Shown here piece after piece: positions 56,858 to 60,553 of a stretch of 60,553 nt of DNA. Made by a program: the position numbers and the translations under genes. Location: IMG/VR virus record IMGVR_UViG_3300030372_003986, positions 1-60,553 of that record; one strand, given 5' to 3'. The notes beneath the pieces are model-generated. The model did no database searches, was not told the origin of the DNA, and saw nothing but the letters and a program-made list of their open reading frames with translations. How positions within the stretch are numbered: the first letter of the stretch is position 1; each line of letters begins with the position of its first letter. This DNA comes from a virus (lineage: Duplodnaviria > Caudoviricetes).

Positions 56858-56984
56858 CGTTTGAAACTACATCATAGATTACTATTATATTTTTTATACC
56901 TAAAGTGGTGTCTAAAGTAAATTCCATTCGATTCTTTAATTTAATGCTTTTCTAAACATTACCAAATTGCTATGCCTATTCCTA

Positions 56985-57458
56985 TTACCATAATGCTATA
57001 ATATCATCAGCCGTTGTATTAGTGGCTTCTACTGTTCTCACCATAATTGGAATAAACGTAGCATCAGCTACATTTACTAAGGTAACTAAGTCATTACCAA
57101 CTGTGGTAATTACAAGAGTTCCGCCTGTTCCTACATATAATACGGGTCCTTCATTTACATCTACTGTATAAACTTTAAATGATTCACCCGGAGCACCTGC
57201 GAAAATATTAGCACTCAATACTAATTCTGTATTAGATTGAACTTTTTCTACTGTTGCCCACGCACCTGTATCTATATTAATAACTGTACTTCCCGGTAAT
57301 ACTTTACCTATAAATTCAGCCGTAGCGGAAACTAATTGATTAGCTACAGTTGCAGATGTGTCACCACTTGCTACCTCATCACTTGGACTTGGTATTTGTA
57401 CTCCATCAGTTGGAGTAACATTTATTGCTCTTTTACCTTGTAATTTTTGATATGCCAT
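56985..57458 (-). CDS. Putative virion protein
   Basis: Beta-rich, LYVGTGG...TTADDIIALW. Confidence 0.65.
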   Translation of the reverse strand: MAYQKLQGKRAINVTPTDGVQIPSPSDEVASGDTSATVANQLVSATAEFIGKVLPGSTVINIDTGAWATVEKVQSNTELVLSANIFAGAPGESFKVYTVDVNEGPVLYVGTGGTLVITTVGNDLVTLVNVADATFIPIMVRTVEATNTTADDIIALW

Positions 57459-57464
57459 TTCGTT

Positions 57465-57632
57465 TTATTTTCTATAGGGTATTACTCGATTTAAGCTATC
57501 TCGCCTTTTATCACATCCGCAATCTCTACCCGTTTTTTTGGAAATTGCTTTTGCTACAGACTTAATACCTGTAAGTTGCGTAACCTTTGCTACGGTGTCA
57601 CCGAAGCCTTTCGATTTCTCACTCAGCTTCAT
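57465..57632 (-). CDS. Small protein (likely start MKLSEK)
   Basis: KGFGDTVAK...DCGCDKRRDSLN. Confidence 0.65.
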   Translation of the reverse strand: MKLSEKSKGFGDTVAKVTQLTGIKSVAKAISKKTGRDCGCDKRRDSLNRVIPYRK

Positions 57633-57765
57633 TACACTTACAAAGTTTATACGGACAATCGGTAACATTAAAAAGAAGTTTGGACACAACTTTATTCCAA
57701 CCACATTGGAACTTGCACCACATCTTCTGTACCCACAGTCCTGCTTTTACTAACCACTTACCCAT
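57619..57765 (-). CDS. Small Cys/Trp-rich protein (48 aa, not in ORF track)
   Basis: MGKWLVKAGLWVQKMWCKFQCGWNK...CPYKLCKC; fills the gap. Confidence 0.55.
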   Translation of the reverse strand: MGKWLVKAGLWVQKMWCKFQCGWNKVVSKLLFNVTDCPYKLCKCNEAE

Positions 57766-57767
57766 TG

Positions 57768-57986
57768 TTACTTTTTTATTAATCCACCTAAGTGTCCGTG
57801 AACATCTTTTGGATAATGCTTGTCTTCCTTCATAGAATGGTCGCCACTATAAGCGTGTCCTGTTAAATGCTTAGACTCACCTTTAGACTCGTCTCTACGA
57901 CTTTTTAAAGATTGCTTATACTTTTTGCCTTTATGCTTCATTCCTAATGATTCATCAAGCCTTGAATTATAACCTTGCTTTTTCAT
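57768..57986 (-). CDS. Small basic protein
   Basis: K/H-rich. Confidence 0.65.
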   Translation of the reverse strand: MKKQGYNSRLDESLGMKHKGKKYKQSLKSRRDESKGESKHLTGHAYSGDHSMKEDKHYPKDVHGHLGGLIKK

Positions 57987-57992
57987 TTTTAG

Positions 57993-58193
57993 TTATTTTT
58001 TTGTTGAGCAGCCAAAATTCTTAGCAAAATTTGCCATTTTAACTACACTTGGTTTATACTTTTTTTTACGTCTCATTACTGCACTTGCAGCAGCACATAC
58101 CGACTTACCCGGCATATTTCTTTTTGCCCAATCAGTAAACTTACCCTCATTGGATTTTTTAATTTCTATTTTATTTTCTTTTTTCTTAGCCAT
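57993..58193 (-). CDS. Small basic protein
   Basis: GKFTDWAK...KMANFAKN. Confidence 0.65.
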   Translation of the reverse strand: MAKKKENKIEIKKSNEGKFTDWAKRNMPGKSVCAAASAVMRRKKKYKPSVVKMANFAKNFGCSTKK

Positions 58194-58204
58194 ATCTAAA
58201 TATT

Positions 58205-58624
58205 TTATTCCCCTACAGGTGGATATCTCTCTAATAAAGCGGTAAGTAAGGAAACTCTTTTCTCTTCCATTCTTTCCCTTATTTGTTCTTTTGTAATAGT
58301 TTCCGCCCTAACTTCTGCTTGTAACTTTATTTTTTCAGTTTTTTCAGGTGTTCTCCCCATAAATCTTTGAGTTTTAGATTTATATGCATTCCATCCACCT
58401 TCTCTAAATGTAGGCTCTACTCTAATCTCGGAATACTCTACAACCTTTCCGGGAGTTGGGTCAGGAAATTCTTCTCCTTTTATTATTCCTCTTTGTAATT
58501 CCTCTTCAAGAACTAATTCAGGAGCATCCTCACCTTCGTATTTATATTCTACAAACACTTCAGCCTCTAAAGGCTTTAGTAGAGTTTCTTTTTCGTCAGT
58601 TACTTTTATTAAATCTTCATCCAT
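58205..58624 (-). CDS. Hypothetical protein
   Basis: 139-aa ORF. Confidence 0.6.
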   Translation of the reverse strand: MDEDLIKVTDEKETLLKPLEAEVFVEYKYEGEDAPELVLEEELQRGIIKGEEFPDPTPGKVVEYSEIRVEPTFREGGWNAYKSKTQRFMGRTPEKTEKIKLQAEVRAETITKEQIRERMEEKRVSLLTALLERYPPVGE

Positions 58625-58635
58625 TTCTTTTGGTT

Positions 58636-59235
58636 TTAAGCTATTGTAAATGTTACTGTATTTCCTGCCTCAACAATAAAATCTATATCTACATATGCAT
58701 CACATTCAAAATCTGCAGCGTCTGCAGCCACTATATACATAGCATTAAATTCTACCGGGAATGTTGGTATGTTTTCTTGATTGGCATAAAAAACACCACT
58801 AATAGGTCGTGCTACATCTGTAGCATCATCTACCATTGCTCCATCAGTTAATGGAGTAATAGTGTATCCGCCAAATCCATTGAAATCAACCGCCTCTACA
58901 TTAGAACGGTTTTTTATAAAAAATATGTTTCCAAAATCCACTACCACCGTACCAATACTAACTACGTGAGCCGTAGCTTGAGGTGTTAATGTTGCCCAAC
59001 ATTTTAAATTATAAGAATCATATTGAACTCCTCCAACATTATAAGTTTGAGGAAGTTTTGACACACCGGCAAACTGTCCTGTCGAACCTGTTTCTAATTG
59101 AACGTCACTTTCTCCAAATAATTCAGCGTAAGTATATATCGTTCTTTTATCATTCGTCTGCGTAGAACTTTTTTCGGTTAAATCAACATCAGGTGAAATT
59201 CCGACAAACTGTTCATCATTAGGTATTACTGCCAT
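58636..59235 (-). CDS. Putative virion protein
   Basis: Beta-rich; promoter TATCTTTG at 59261-59268. Confidence 0.6.
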   Translation of the reverse strand: MAVIPNDEQFVGISPDVDLTEKSSTQTNDKRTIYTYAELFGESDVQLETGSTGQFAGVSKLPQTYNVGGVQYDSYNLKCWATLTPQATAHVVSIGTVVVDFGNIFFIKNRSNVEAVDFNGFGGYTITPLTDGAMVDDATDVARPISGVFYANQENIPTFPVEFNAMYIVAADAADFECDAYVDIDFIVEAGNTVTFTIA

Positions 59236-59333
59236 AACATTATTATTATAATTTATTTTACAAAGATACTAATATTTTTTTTAGTATTTTTCATTCTTTT
59301 TTTTCTGCTCTTTCCTTTTTTGCCACAATGATA

Positions 59334-59624
59334 CTAATATTTTCCTTTTCTATTTTTCGGACTTGATTTGGTTGAACCACCTTTACCTGCCCATAGATTC
59401 TTACACGCCCAATACCTTGCAGTAAGTTTTGATTTTGCAGTTCCACACTTGTGTCGAGCCTTGAAAGATTTACGTGCTGCTGCAGAGTAGTTATGACCAT
59501 AACCTTTCGCACCAAAGTGAATTAGTTTTTCTTTACCACCTTCACAGGCTTTAACCATTCTCTTTTTTCCGGGTCTGTCGCTTGGTCTCACAACATTACA
59601 TTTCATCTTACTCTTAGTAGCCAT
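59334..59624 (-). CDS. Small highly basic phage protein
   Basis: IHFGAKGY...ARKSFKARHKC...ARYWAC. Confidence 0.7.
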   Translation of the reverse strand: MATKSKMKCNVVRPSDRPGKKRMVKACEGGKEKLIHFGAKGYGHNYSAAARKSFKARHKCGTAKSKLTARYWACKNLWAGKGGSTKSSPKNRKGKY

Positions 59625-59765
59625 TACCTTTTAGTATTTTTTTTTGAGCTTGTTTTTAGTTCTTCCCTTTTGTGACATAATTCTTTTATTGTTCTTACCC
59701 AATCTTTTTTTTCTCTATTTCTATTATATTGGTCTATGTACCATTGCTCTTCTTTTGTCATATAG

Positions 59766-60005
59766 TTATGATGATAATGGTTTAGGGGTTACACCTATTC
59801 CAAGTTTTCCTTTTTTAGGGTTTAACATAGCTAACCCTCTTACTGAAGATTTTTTTCTATTTGAAGAATAATTATTATTCTTTGCTTGATTCATAAGTTT
59901 TTGAATTGCAGCATTATTCATAGGTATTTTATCTACATCAATATTTTTATTGGTGCTACCTAAAACTTGCTCAAAGGCTCGAAGAGATTTTTTTTGATTA
60001 GGCAT
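59766..60005 (-). CDS. Small basic protein
   Basis: K/N-rich ORF. Confidence 0.55.
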   Translation of the reverse strand: MPNQKKSLRAFEQVLGSTNKNIDVDKIPMNNAAIQKLMNQAKNNNYSSNRKKSSVRGLAMLNPKKGKLGIGVTPKPLSS

Positions 60006-60015
60006 AATTTATTTA

Positions 60016-60177
60016 TTAATAAGACCTTTTCTCCATTCCGTATCCCGGATTGTTTTTTATAGACCCATTCATTAATTTAGCAAAAGCTCCTGCCTGTGCT
60101 TTGCCTGTAGCATTGTATGGAAACTTTTTAGTTTTCTTCTTACCGGTTTCTCCGCATTTATATTTTACAGTTGGCAT
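60016..60177 (-). CDS. Small basic protein (likely start MPTVKY)
   Basis: KKFPYNATGKAQA; the track's TTG start lies in the promoter. Confidence 0.6.
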   Translation of the reverse strand: MPTVKYKCGETGKKKTKKFPYNATGKAQAGAFAKLMNGSIKNNPGYGMEKRSY

Positions 60178-60191
60178 AACTTCTAATTTTT

Positions 60192-60209
60192 TATCTTTGT
60201 ACAAAGTTA
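60192..60209. promoter_or_regulatory. Overlapping opposite-strand -7 elements TATCTTTG-TA-CAAAGTTA
   Basis: + element faces the wHTH gene; - element faces the first late-arm gene. Confidence 0.65.
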
Positions 60210-60230
60210 CTAAATTAAATCAAATAGTTT

Positions 60231-60553
60231 TTGAAAAACGATTACCTAAAATATTGGAGAGTCATTCGACAATATATCAAAGTTAAGTATGGTCTTACGC
60301 AATCCGACCTTGATATAATATTATTCTTAAATTCTGAAAGATATTTTTCTAAAGACAAGTTTGAAGAGTTTGATAGAATCTTATCTTGGGATGAAAATAG
60401 ATTTGATAAACTACTAAGAGATGGATGGGTTGAGGTCTTTAGAGAACGTAAAGGAAAAACTAAAGGGTTATATAATTTGTCTTATAAATCTAAAAGAGTA
60501 ATTACTTCTATTTATAAAAAACTTAATGGAGAAGAAATGCCTACTTCACCATC
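60231..60553 (+). CDS. 5' part of a junction-spanning 144-aa putative winged-helix (MarR-like) DNA-binding protein (continues at 100..211)
   Basis: TTG at 60231 opens MKNDYLKYWRVIRQYIKVKYGLTQSDLDIILFL...FDKLLRDGWVEVFRERKGKTKGLYNLSYKS, in frame with ORF 23..211; the LT..D..I..FL / L...GW / Y.LS.K pattern is typical of wHTH proteins. Confidence 0.65.
   Translation, partial: MKNDYLKYWRVIRQYIKVKYGLTQSDLDIILFLNSERYFSKDKFEEFDRILSWDENRFDKLLRDGWVEVFRERKGKTKGLYNLSYKSKRVITSIYKKLNGEEMPTSP
60455..60553. repeat. 99-bp terminal direct repeat (copy 2)
   Basis: Identical to 1-99. Confidence 0.95.

Noticed and set aside
1-60553. Stop-codon reassignment, tRNA genes, integrase, reverse transcriptase/DGR
   Set aside because: Standard code gives dense full-length genes; no cloverleaf, recombinase or RT motifs recognised by eye.

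Overview
Apparently complete, circularly assembled ~60.45 kb AT-rich dsDNA tailed phage genome (positions 60455-60553 repeat 1-99). The host is probably a Bacteroidota/Flavobacteriia member, judging by many TAnnTTTG promoters, A-rich leaders without SD sequences and a BT4734-type primase. The + strand arm (3.5-20.3 kb) carries early/replication genes: amidoligase, GATase-GGCT fusion, SSAP, exonuclease, SSB, primase-helicase, SF2 helicase and nucleases. The - strand arm carries podovirus-like structural and lysis genes (3268-aa virion protein, tail, MCP, portal, TerL, tail fibre, holin, amidase) plus GroEL/GroES, a SET-domain protein and a 2OG-Fe(II) oxygenase. The most striking signals are non-coding: (1) a 16-bp palindrome GTGTCTT(CA/TG/TA)AAGACAC present at least 14 times, inside genes in all three frames and progressively sparser away from the early region; (2) two type III hammerhead ribozymes, each directly behind one palindrome and behind one of the two amide-ligation enzyme genes; (3) two iteron arrays with the same architecture; (4) a G-quadruplex-forming repeat at the arm boundary. 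A winged-helix gene spanning the assembly junction is a candidate binder of the palindrome. All protein calls come from motif recognition by eye, with no database searches.
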